28,497 nucleotides of DNA from a virus (lineage: Duplodnaviria > Caudoviricetes). The notes below the pieces were generated by a model that worked only from the letters and a program-made list of their open reading frames with translations, did no database searches and was not told where the DNA came from. The stretch spans positions 1-28,497 of IMG/VR virus record IMGVR_UViG_3300005805_000019. One strand, given 5' to 3'. The translations under genes were made by a program, and so were the position numbers. Numbering within the stretch: the stretch's first letter is position 1; each line of letters begins with the position of its first letter. Positions 9,270-16,522 of this stretch are shown piece by piece.

Positions 9270-10970
9270 ATGGCTAAAGTTTGGAGAAACAAACAATTTT
9301 CAAATTATCTTGGTGAGAACCGAGCGATATTGGATATTTACACAAATTTTATAAGTGGAGCAACTCCAACACCAAGTTACACTCCAACAAATACCCCAAC
9401 TGCGTCATTTACACCAACCCCAACTCCACTTGGATTATTTTGTGTTGGTCAAGGATTTGACTTTGGACCACAAACCATTGAATACTATAATGGTGATTAT
9501 TATGTTGCTGGTTCATTTGAGTTTTATCAAGGAAACCGAGCTCCTTTGATTGTAAAGATAGATGCAAATACAGGAAACATTGCAACTGATTTTTATTCAT
9601 CAATACCATCAACTTTTGGAAATACTAGTGCGGTTGTGTATGATATTGAGTTAATGTCATCTGGAAAGTTGTTTGCTGGTGGTCTTTATAACTTAGGTGG
9701 TTCATATAAGGGTTTAAACTTGTTGAATGCAGATGGAAGTTTAGACTCCTCATTCAATCAAGCAGATGGTCCATTAAACTTAGAGATTAGAGATATTCAT
9801 ATCAATACTGGAGAAACCGTTGTTTATGTTGTTGGAAACTTTACAGGAACTCCAAACAGAATACGTGCTTATGATATGACTGGTGCTGTATGGGGTAGTT
9901 CAAACTTTGGTACAGGTTTTAATAGTGCGGTTTTTTCAATAATAGGTGATGCAAGTGATAATCTATTCATTGGTGGAGGCTTTACTCAATACAAAGGAAT
10001 AACAAGAAACCGACTTGTAAAAACCGACCAATTTGGAAATATTGATGCAACATTCATGACTGGTTTAGGAACTGGATTTAATGGACCACCCACAAATATG
10101 ATTTTAGATGGGGGTTATTTATATTGTGTTGGAACCTTTACCGTTGTTAATGGCGTCACAAAAAATAGAATATGTAGAATAGATGCTACGACTGGTGTTC
10201 TTGATGCTGCTTGGGCAGGAACAGGAATAACAATCCCAGCGGGAGTTTTTCAAAGAATAGCAATAGAAAAAAATCCTATAACCACAGATTTTGTTATTAC
10301 AATAACCCAAACAATCCCAACCAACCAAGCAAACTTCAATGGAACCAATTTTTATGGTTCAGTGTTTTCTGTTGATGCTGGCGGAAACTTTGTTAATACA
10401 TTTGGTTCTCCTAATGACCCTAACTATGGTTTTAATGATTTTGCCCAAAATACAGCATTGAGTGCTGAAGAGATTGCGGTAAATTCTGTCAATGGAGATA
10501 TTTGTTTTGTTGGAGATTTTTATTCTTTCAATGGTCAGTATTTCCCAAGCATTGTATTGACTGATTTGAATGGTGATTTGAATAGCACCTCAGTTTGTTG
10601 CCCAGTGAGGATTACATCTACGCCTACACCAACGCCAACATTGACTCCAACAAATACACCAACACCGAGTCCAACACAACCGCTTGGTTTGTCATTCTTA
10701 GTAGCATCAGGAGCAACAAGCTTAGAAGCGTGTAATAATCTTTTGACCGGAACAACATTTACAATATATGCCGCAAACATAGGAAACTGTGGACCTTGTC
10801 TTCCATTCAACTGCTGGCCTTGCTTAGATACAACACAACAAGTATTCTCTAACATTGCACAGACAATATTGATTGGAGATGGTTATTATGCCAATAATAC
10901 TGGTAGTGGAAATAACTGGTGGTTAATGCAAACTGGTCAACCTCAACCTGGTGGATATGGAAGTTGTTAA
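9270..10970 (+). CDS. Beta-propeller (delta-60/DUF5122-like repeat) virion protein with PT linkers and a Cys-rich C-terminal module
   Basis: Repeats LLNADGSLDSSFN, RNRLVKTDQFGNIDATF, KNRICRIDATTGVLDAAW and GGGFT/VGNFT/VGTFT. Two PTPT tracts. ATG 9270 preferred over GTG 9267. Confidence 0.72.
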   Translation: MAKVWRNKQFSNYLGENRAILDIYTNFISGATPTPSYTPTNTPTASFTPTPTPLGLFCVGQGFDFGPQTIEYYNGDYYVAGSFEFYQGNRAPLIVKIDANTGNIATDFYSSIPSTFGNTSAVVYDIELMSSGKLFAGGLYNLGGSYKGLNLLNADGSLDSSFNQADGPLNLEIRDIHINTGETVVYVVGNFTGTPNRIRAYDMTGAVWGSSNFGTGFNSAVFSIIGDASDNLFIGGGFTQYKGITRNRLVKTDQFGNIDATFMTGLGTGFNGPPTNMILDGGYLYCVGTFTVVNGVTKNRICRIDATTGVLDAAWAGTGITIPAGVFQRIAIEKNPITTDFVITITQTIPTNQANFNGTNFYGSVFSVDAGGNFVNTFGSPNDPNYGFNDFAQNTALSAEEIAVNSVNGDICFVGDFYSFNGQYFPSIVLTDLNGDLNSTSVCCPVRITSTPTPTPTLTPTNTPTPSPTQPLGLSFLVASGATSLEACNNLLTGTTFTIYAANIGNCGPCLPFNCWPCLDTTQQVFSNIAQTILIGDGYYANNTGSGNNWWLMQTGQPQPGGYGSC

Positions 10971-10982
10971 AAAAATGAAGAA

Positions 10983-11429
10983 ATGATATATCTAAACCAA
11001 GGTCAACAAAACCAAGCTGCGGCTGTATGTACTCGAAACGCTAGTTTAACTGGTGGTACGATTGTCTATTTATGGAACCTACAACACAAATTAAGTGGTA
11101 GGGTTTTTAACTTTATTCCCTTTAGATTAATACCATCAGTTACGTACAAACCAGCTTATGATTTGTTTTGTATAGATATTGATGATTCAATACCACAGGT
11201 TTTAACTGGTGCTACACAATGCGGTCAAACCAATGTTCACTTGATTCCTGGTGAATATGCCTTAACTGTTTATCAACAACTTTCCACATCAAACCTTAAT
11301 CCATCGTTGTCAAGTGGGATTGTCTATCAAACACTAGTGATTGTAGACGGAGTTAATCAGAACAACCCAACGGTTTATACCGGTGGAACCGATGGAGTAT
11401 TTATAATATATAATTCAGATAATGATTAA
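10983..11429 (+). CDS. Hypothetical structural protein (possible head closure/neck)
   Basis: 148 aa, overlaps the portal start. GEYALTVYQQLSTSNLNP motif. Function inferred from position only. Confidence 0.45.
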   Translation: MIYLNQGQQNQAAAVCTRNASLTGGTIVYLWNLQHKLSGRVFNFIPFRLIPSVTYKPAYDLFCIDIDDSIPQVLTGATQCGQTNVHLIPGEYALTVYQQLSTSNLNPSLSSGIVYQTLVIVDGVNQNNPTVYTGGTDGVFIIYNSDND

Positions 11430-12495
11430 ACTCGATACGATAAACTTCGGAGTAGATACATCAACAAGATTTGTTGAGAAAATTGTAAAATCTTTACCCT
11501 TTGTGAGTTGGGGGATAGATAACATGGAAGTGGAGCGTCTCTATGACTACGCTTTAGATGCTTCTCCTATTCACTCAAGTGCTATTAGAACCAAAGTAGA
11601 TAATGCTTCGGGAATGGGTTTTGAGAAGGATTTTAAGATCAACAACAAGGAAACCCTAAATGATGTTATCAAACAACTTTTTTGGGAGTATATTGTCAGT
11701 GGCAACTTATTTTTTGAGGTTGTATGGAAAGCAAAACGTAGTGAGGGTATTCACTCAATCCACGTTATCCCATCAAAGTTTATCAGAGCTAAGTCTCCTG
11801 ACAACAACGAACTTTATTCTAACAAGTGGTTCTACTGTCACGATTGGGCAAACTGGAGAAAAGCTGGTATTGTAGAGATGGTTGAGTTTGATCCAAACAA
11901 CTACACTGATAGGCAGATTCTGCACGTACGCAATTACCAACCTGGATTTATTTTCTACGGAGCACCATCTTACCTTTCATCCCTTTTAGATATTAGATTA
12001 TCGAGAGCCATTTCAGCTTTCAATTTAGCTAACATCGAGAATGGGGCACAACCCTCACTTTGGATAAATTTCCCTCAGGAGGTCGATTCACAAGAGGATC
12101 AAGAGGATATCCTCAGAAGATTGGAAGGACGTTACACAGGTCCTTATAATGGGGGTAGAATCATTGTTTCATACGGTAGTGATGGGGTAAGACCTGAGAT
12201 CACCACATTAGCCCCAACTTTGGAGGGTGGTATGTTTGCTGAGATCTTTGGATTGGTTAGAGAAAACATTTTAGCTGGTCACCAAATCCCCGATCCAAGT
12301 ATCTGTGGACTTCCAAGCCCATCAGGATTTTCCTCTCAAGCTGATCAGTTGAAAACTGCGCATCAGTTGTTTATGAAAACCACAATAAATCCCCTTCAGA
12401 ACTTTATGTTAAAGGAGTTGAACCCATTAGTCCAACTTCTGTATCCAAATGAAGTGGTGAACCTTAAAATCATTCCTAACGAGTTTATTGTATGA
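11422..12495 (+). CDS. Portal protein
   Basis: WGIDN...SPIHSSAIRTK, FYGAPSY, FNLANIENGAQPS...YTGPYNGGRIIV...ILAGHQI...INPLQ pattern of phage portal proteins; 357 aa. Confidence 0.85.
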   Translation: MIKLDTINFGVDTSTRFVEKIVKSLPFVSWGIDNMEVERLYDYALDASPIHSSAIRTKVDNASGMGFEKDFKINNKETLNDVIKQLFWEYIVSGNLFFEVVWKAKRSEGIHSIHVIPSKFIRAKSPDNNELYSNKWFYCHDWANWRKAGIVEMVEFDPNNYTDRQILHVRNYQPGFIFYGAPSYLSSLLDIRLSRAISAFNLANIENGAQPSLWINFPQEVDSQEDQEDILRRLEGRYTGPYNGGRIIVSYGSDGVRPEITTLAPTLEGGMFAEIFGLVRENILAGHQIPDPSICGLPSPSGFSSQADQLKTAHQLFMKTTINPLQNFMLKELNPLVQLLYPNEVVNLKIIPNEFIV

Positions 12496-13115
12496 TCTAC
12501 AACGTATTATTAATATCCGAGCAACGCCTCAAGGACAATACCAGTATCAACGACAACGTAGATTCTTCTGAACTTCGTTTTAGTATTCAAATGGCTCAGA
12601 ATATATTTCTTCAAGAGTCACTTGGAACAAACCTGTTTGAAAAGATTTTAAGTTTAGTTCAAACCAGTAATATCGACTTAGCAGGTAATATCAACTACAA
12701 GGAACTGTTGAATAACTTTATTCAACCAATGCTTATTCAGTATTCTTTTTATTTGAGTTTGGACAACTTTTTTGTCAAGTTTGTAAACGTAGGTCTTCAG
12801 TCTTTTAGATCAGAACAATCCAACCCCATTGGAATAAAAGAGTTTACGTATTTAAAAAACAACGCAAGAGACCAAGCCCAATTCTTGGACAATCTCCTGC
12901 GTCGTCATTTGGTTTTTGAATCTTCTAAGTATCCTGAATACACCGAGATCAAAAATAATGGGGAGTTACCCCCAAATTTTGGTGGAGCATTTAAGTCTTC
13001 AATCACCTTACCTTATGGATACAGAACAACCAAGGGTGGTTATTCTGCGGGTAATGTATTTTATGATTGTCCCTACCCCTGGTGGTATAATGGACAAACT
13101 GGTAATATCTCCTGA
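12492..13115 (+). CDS. Head-tail adaptor-like protein (DUF6712-like)
   Basis: LLISEQRLK..TSINDNVD...IQMAQ..FLQESLGTNLFEKI motif. ATGA-coupled to the portal gene. Confidence 0.55.
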   Translation: MIYNVLLISEQRLKDNTSINDNVDSSELRFSIQMAQNIFLQESLGTNLFEKILSLVQTSNIDLAGNINYKELLNNFIQPMLIQYSFYLSLDNFFVKFVNVGLQSFRSEQSNPIGIKEFTYLKNNARDQAQFLDNLLRRHLVFESSKYPEYTEIKNNGELPPNFGGAFKSSITLPYGYRTTKGGYSAGNVFYDCPYPWWYNGQTGNIS

Positions 13116-13325
13116 TTATTTCTTTTCAGAGATAAACTGATCCACTTTTTTTGTCTTTTCAACAATCTCTTTGTTCAATCCTTTTTCAATGTATTGAGCA
13201 AAGTGATCTGCTGTTGCTATTAACTCAAGTACGGTGGGTTTTACTCCGATCATTGTGTAGTATTCAATCGCACGCTCCATTTGAGATTGACGTGCAATAA
13301 TTCTTGCTCTTTCTAGTTCATTCAT
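13116..13325 (-). CDS. Hypothetical protein (IARQSQ...AD.F.QYI motif)
   Basis: 69-aa ORF, last gene of the minus-strand cluster. Its stop abuts the adaptor gene stop. Confidence 0.65.
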   Translation of the reverse strand: MNELERARIIARQSQMERAIEYYTMIGVKPTVLELIATADHFAQYIEKGLNKEIVEKTKKVDQFISEKK

Positions 13326-13444
13326 TTTTTGTTTGGTTTTTGTGATTTGTCTTTAGCGAAAATAAGGAAGTCGAGTTCCTTTGCGAACTCCTGTTTCTTT
13401 AAAACAGGTATCGTTTTGTCGTATTGTCTATTGTGTGTTCCCAT
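13322..13444 (-). CDS. Small basic hypothetical protein, 40 aa (not in the ORF track)
   Basis: Translated by hand as MGTHNRQYDKTIPVLKKQEFAKELDFLIFAKDKSQKPNKK*. It fills the gap and has an ATGA overlap with the 13325 start. Confidence 0.6.
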   Translation of the reverse strand: MGTHNRQYDKTIPVLKKQEFAKELDFLIFAKDKSQKPNKK

Positions 13445-13475
13445 AGTTAAAATATAATAAATCTGTTTTACCAAA

Positions 13476-13691
13476 TCAAATTTTGGGGACAAGTCTGTTG
13501 AGAACTTCTTGTTCTTTTTCCAAAAGTGATTTGATTAGTTTGTGGAAGTTATTGTCCGTTGCTGGTAGTTTTATTTGCCATTTGTCTTGAAACTCTCTTC
13601 TCCAACGGATGGCAGCGTGTAGATGATCAATCGTATAACTCTTATTGAGGAGTCTTAAGATGGTTTCGTATTCTTTTTCTAAATCGTTCAT
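13476..13691 (-). CDS. Hypothetical protein
   Basis: 71-aa ORF, ATGA-coupled within the minus-strand operon. Confidence 0.65.
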   Translation of the reverse strand: MNDLEKEYETILRLLNKSYTIDHLHAAIRWRREFQDKWQIKLPATDNNFHKLIKSLLEKEQEVLNRLVPKI

Positions 13692-13978
13692 AGTTTAAAT
13701 TTGTTTTTAAATTGAAGATGAATGGGTATTGTACTTTTGGTATTATAACCCATCCTTTCTAATAGTTCGTGTGCTAAGATTAAATCCCTTGCGTTCTCCA
13801 CCCACAAATCCCCTCTCTCACCCACTTTATTCTTTGTTACACAAACTTTGCAGGAGTTATGGTATCCGTGGTCATTCACATCACTTTGGAAGAAGTTAGA
13901 GCAAGGAAAATAGTTTCGTTGAGTTACGCACCAACAATGTTCAATATCATCTTTGACTATCTTCCTTTCAATACTCAT
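13688..13978 (-). CDS. Zn-finger-like protein, paralogue of 14399-14731
   Basis: HCWC...F...HGYHNSCKVC plus C-terminal ELLERMGY...IHLQFKNKFKL. Confidence 0.65.
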   Translation of the reverse strand: MSIERKIVKDDIEHCWCVTQRNYFPCSNFFQSDVNDHGYHNSCKVCVTKNKVGERGDLWVENARDLILAHELLERMGYNTKSTIPIHLQFKNKFKL

Positions 13979-14385
13979 TTTACAATATTTTTGTGATGTT
14001 CCAAAATTTCCTCTACAGTGGGTTTTTTATTCATCAATGACACTCTACTATTATTTATAACCTGATCGTTCTTATAATCAAGAAAAACGTAGTAAAAAAT
14101 AGATTCTGTTGCTAGTATTCCAACCTCAGTTCTAAATGTATTATTTTTTTGTTTGGTTGTCACGTTATTGGATTGTTCAAGTTCGGTCTTCATAAGAAAA
14201 CTTCTACGTTGAGGATTCCACTTTAAACCTCTACGGGTTTGGGAGATGTGTGTTCTCGATAGTGTATGACCATTGTTGGTCGTAAATTCTCTTGCGATTT
14301 TTGAGTTTGATAACCCTTGTTCAAAGAGTTGAAATAGACGTTCTAAGTCGTCTGAGTGTTCATCGATTTTGTAAGCGCCAATCAT
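13975..14385 (-). CDS. Putative helix-turn-helix DNA-binding protein
   Basis: LFEQGLSNSKIAREF...LSRTHISQTRRGLKW resembles the HTH modules appended to homing endonucleases. Confidence 0.55.
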   Translation of the reverse strand: MIGAYKIDEHSDDLERLFQLFEQGLSNSKIAREFTTNNGHTLSRTHISQTRRGLKWNPQRRSFLMKTELEQSNNVTTKQKNNTFRTEVGILATESIFYYVFLDYKNDQVINNSRVSLMNKKPTVEEILEHHKNIVK

Positions 14386-14398
14386 TTTACTTGTTCTT

Positions 14399-14731
14399 TT
14401 ATTTTAGTTTATGTTTTATTTCAAACTGTCTCCACACAGGTAGTTGACCTTTTCCAAATTTGTATCCCAAAACCTCAAGTAGTCTTTGTGTTTGTTCAAA
14501 GTCTGAATCTGTGACATTGACTAACTTGATATATTCTGTTGTTGGATCAATGGGGGTTTTGTCTTTCTTATAATGAATTTTACATTTGTAAGTAAGACCA
14601 AAAGGATTTTGTTTTGATTTGTAGAACTCGGTTTCAAGTTTGTAATCCCCACATAGACTACAGAAATAAACCCATCCTTCATCTGTCAACATCCTCCTTT
14701 TGAGGTATGCCTGTATTTTGCTGTTTCCCAT
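14399..14731 (-). CDS. Zn-finger-like protein, 110 aa (start reassigned to ATG 14731)
   Basis: CSLC..YK.ETEFYK...FGLTYKCKIH plus LLEVLGY...VWRQFEIKHKLK. The upstream extension to 14803 reads through A/T-rich intergenic-like sequence. Confidence 0.65.
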   Translation of the reverse strand: MGNSKIQAYLKRRMLTDEGWVYFCSLCGDYKLETEFYKSKQNPFGLTYKCKIHYKKDKTPIDPTTEYIKLVNVTDSDFEQTQRLLEVLGYKFGKGQLPVWRQFEIKHKLK

Positions 14732-14742
14732 ATTTATAAATA
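14731..14742. promoter_or_regulatory. Palindromic TATTTATAAATA at the divergence point, candidate bidirectional promoter element
   Basis: Perfect 12-bp palindrome containing TATTTATA on both strands, at the switch from minus- to plus-strand genes. Confidence 0.4.
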
Positions 14743-14799
14743 TATAAAAAAAATAAATTGTTTCAACTTTACATATAAAAATGGGATGATATGTTTTAA

Positions 14800-15046
14800 C
14801 CATCTTGTCGGACGCACTTCATTTAAGAGCACCTGGGATAAGAGGGAACAAGTAGTTACCAGGGGGAAAAACAAAGCTACAACTGAGAACAAGGAAGAAA
14901 CAGTGTTGAAGGACTGATTAGAGTCTGAGAAGTAGTCTTCAAGTTGAATACCTAATCTGTATTCAATCTAACCTCAAGAATAGGTTTGGGTTCTAACTCA
15001 GTGTGTGAGCACTGGGAAAGAACTCACTTACCTAAGAATAGGGTAA
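14800..15046 (+). ncRNA. Candidate structured RNA (leader, primer or ncRNA) with an H-type pseudoknot and consecutive hairpins
   Basis: Helices 14832-36/14859-63 and 14852-57/14875-80 (pseudoknot), 14906-16/14933-42, 14944-51/14959-66, 14970-74/14982-86, 14988-94/15019-25 enclosing 14997-15004/15009-16 with a GUGA tetraloop, and 15028-33/15041-46. G-U pairs favour the plus strand. Confidence 0.55.
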
Positions 15047-15110
15047 ATAAGAATTTGATAGTATAGAATTAATTGATTAGAATTTACTAATAACTTTAAA
15101 ATTTAACTAA

Positions 15111-15734
15111 ATGCATTACCTAAGAGAGTTCAATAGACATATAAGAAGTTTAATTGATCCTAAAAAACCTATTCTTTATAGAAGTAATATTAATTATCTT
15201 AAAACATATTTTGATTATATTGTTTCTATTTCTAATGATAATGAAAAACTCATTATGTCTTTTTTACAACATTTTGATTCAATAGAGTCAATTACTGTTA
15301 ATAACATAGAAAAGAAGTTTTCAGAGTTCATTTTATTTAACTCAGTAGAGAAGGATTATTACATTTTAGATCTAAAAGAAGTACCAACTGGTAGGGGGAT
15401 TTACTTTTTAATGGATGAGACTGGTGAAATTCTGTACATCGGTAAAAGTAAAAATTTAACTAACAGAGTTATTGAATCATACTTAATGAAACTACCACAC
15501 GGAGTAAGTTATTTTGAATATCTCAACGTTGATAACTACAATGAAGGTGCTGAGGATATATTTGAAGCGATAGCCATAGACTATTACCTACCTATACTCA
15601 ATAATCAGTTTGAAACTTTCAAGGTAAGTCATAAAACATATCACATCGCAATGAAAAAAATTGAGGAAGAAGTAGTAGGTTATAACTTAATTTGTGTTGA
15701 TATTTCGTATAACAATAATATTATTAAAGAGTAG
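15111..15734 (+). CDS. GIY-YIG nuclease domain protein
   Basis: GRGIYFLMDETGEILYIGKSKNLTNRV...E...I....PILN is the canonical GIY-YIG core, preceded by ~85 aa of unknown function. The gene is markedly AT-rich. Confidence 0.82.
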   Translation: MHYLREFNRHIRSLIDPKKPILYRSNINYLKTYFDYIVSISNDNEKLIMSFLQHFDSIESITVNNIEKKFSEFILFNSVEKDYYILDLKEVPTGRGIYFLMDETGEILYIGKSKNLTNRVIESYLMKLPHGVSYFEYLNVDNYNEGAEDIFEAIAIDYYLPILNNQFETFKVSHKTYHIAMKKIEEEVVGYNLICVDISYNNNIIKE

Positions 15735-15756
15735 TCCCACAGGATTATATTTTATT

Positions 15757-15798
15757 GAGCCCACCCCTTTCCGACAAGATATACAGGGGTGGGTTTTT
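15757..15798 (+). terminator. GC-rich hairpin plus T tract with a 16-nt loop (terminator or small RNA)
   Basis: gagcccacccct/aggggtgggttt stem, loop ttccgacaagatatac, T run at the 3' end. Confidence 0.7.
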
Positions 15799-15841
15799 AA
15801 ATTCATACAGGTGATATTTATTAACAACTAATCCACACCCA

Positions 15842-16117
15842 ATGGAACTAACAGATATAATCATTCCGGCAATAACGAGTGTAATAACTTTTTTCTTAGG
15901 TCTTCAACGAGGAAAGAAAGAAGTTGATGGACTACACCTCTCTAACCTTGAGAAATCCATTGAGATATACCAAACCATCATCAAGGATCTAAAAATGGAA
16001 ATGGAGTCCCTACAGAGGAAAGTAGATGATCTTCAAGGTAAGGTAGATCTAATGGTTGTAGAAAATCAAAAGTTAAAGAAACTTGTCTCTAAAAAAGATT
16101 TACAGATTATTAAGTAA
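15842..16117 (+). CDS. Holin-like membrane protein (one N-terminal TM helix plus coiled coil)
   Basis: IIIPAITSVITFFLG hydrophobic segment followed by heptad repeats. TATTTAT at 15815-15821 upstream. Confidence 0.5.
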   Translation: MELTDIIIPAITSVITFFLGLQRGKKEVDGLHLSNLEKSIEIYQTIIKDLKMEMESLQRKVDDLQGKVDLMVVENQKLKKLVSKKDLQIIK

Positions 16118-16130
16118 GTGTATATTTATA

Positions 16131-16207
16131 AGAGAGACTAATATTTGTTCCCAATATTATATTTTAGTTTCGGTCATTTCCCCTCATCGCTTGATGGGGG
16201 GTTTTTT
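16131..16207 (+). ncRNA. Candidate ~75-nt small RNA unit (promoter motif, hairpin, terminator)
   Basis: TATTTATA at 16123-16130, stem gagactaa/ttagtttc exposing ugUUCCC, then a terminator. No ORF. Confidence 0.4.
16180..16207 (+). terminator. Rho-independent terminator
   Basis: cccctcatc-gctt-gatgggggg stem followed by tttttt. Confidence 0.8.
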
Positions 16208-16234
16208 ATTTTATATATTTAAAGAAAAAAAACC

Positions 16235-16420
16235 ATGGGAACAAAAAACTTTATTCTAATCACTCTACTTGACATTAACTCCAACGATATCATCCGTGTA
16301 TTCGAGGGAAATGAAAATGATGTCTTACTATTTAAAAATAACATCACTGAAGTATTTCCTAATACAACTGGTGGTATTACAATTCGTATTGTCTTGAAGG
16401 TAGATCTTAGTGAACTCTAA
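16235..16420 (+). CDS. Hypothetical protein, 61 aa
   Basis: A-rich upstream region, bounded by terminators on both sides. Confidence 0.55.
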   Translation: MGTKNFILITLLDINSNDIIRVFEGNENDVLLFKNNITEVFPNTTGGITIRIVLKVDLSEL

Positions 16421-16445
16421 ACACTTTCGGCATTTATTTTTTTTG

Positions 16446-16470
16446 AAGGGGGATTATGTCCCCCTTTTTT
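16446..16470 (+). terminator. Rho-independent terminator
   Basis: aagggggat-tat-gtccccctt stem followed by a T run. Confidence 0.82.
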
Positions 16471-16522
16471 ATTCTTTTTTTTCCCTTTATAGAGTATATT
16501 TATTTAGTAAAACAAACCGAAT

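Noticed and set aside
14732-14803. N-terminal extension MVKTYHPIF... of the 14399 ORF
   Set aside because: It runs through poly-A/T intergenic-like sequence, and the paralogue alignment favours ATG 14731.
14800-15734. Group I intron carrying a GIY-YIG homing endonuclease
   Set aside because: No interrupted host gene (the flanks are divergent intact genes), and I could not identify P7/catalytic core sequences by eye. Not excluded without an Infernal search.
16432-16444. 13-nt complementarity of atttatttttttt to aaaaaaaataaat (14746-14758) as a third antisense pairing
   Set aside because: The match is real but low-complexity A/T sequence, so chance is likely. Worth revisiting only if the other two pairings are confirmed.
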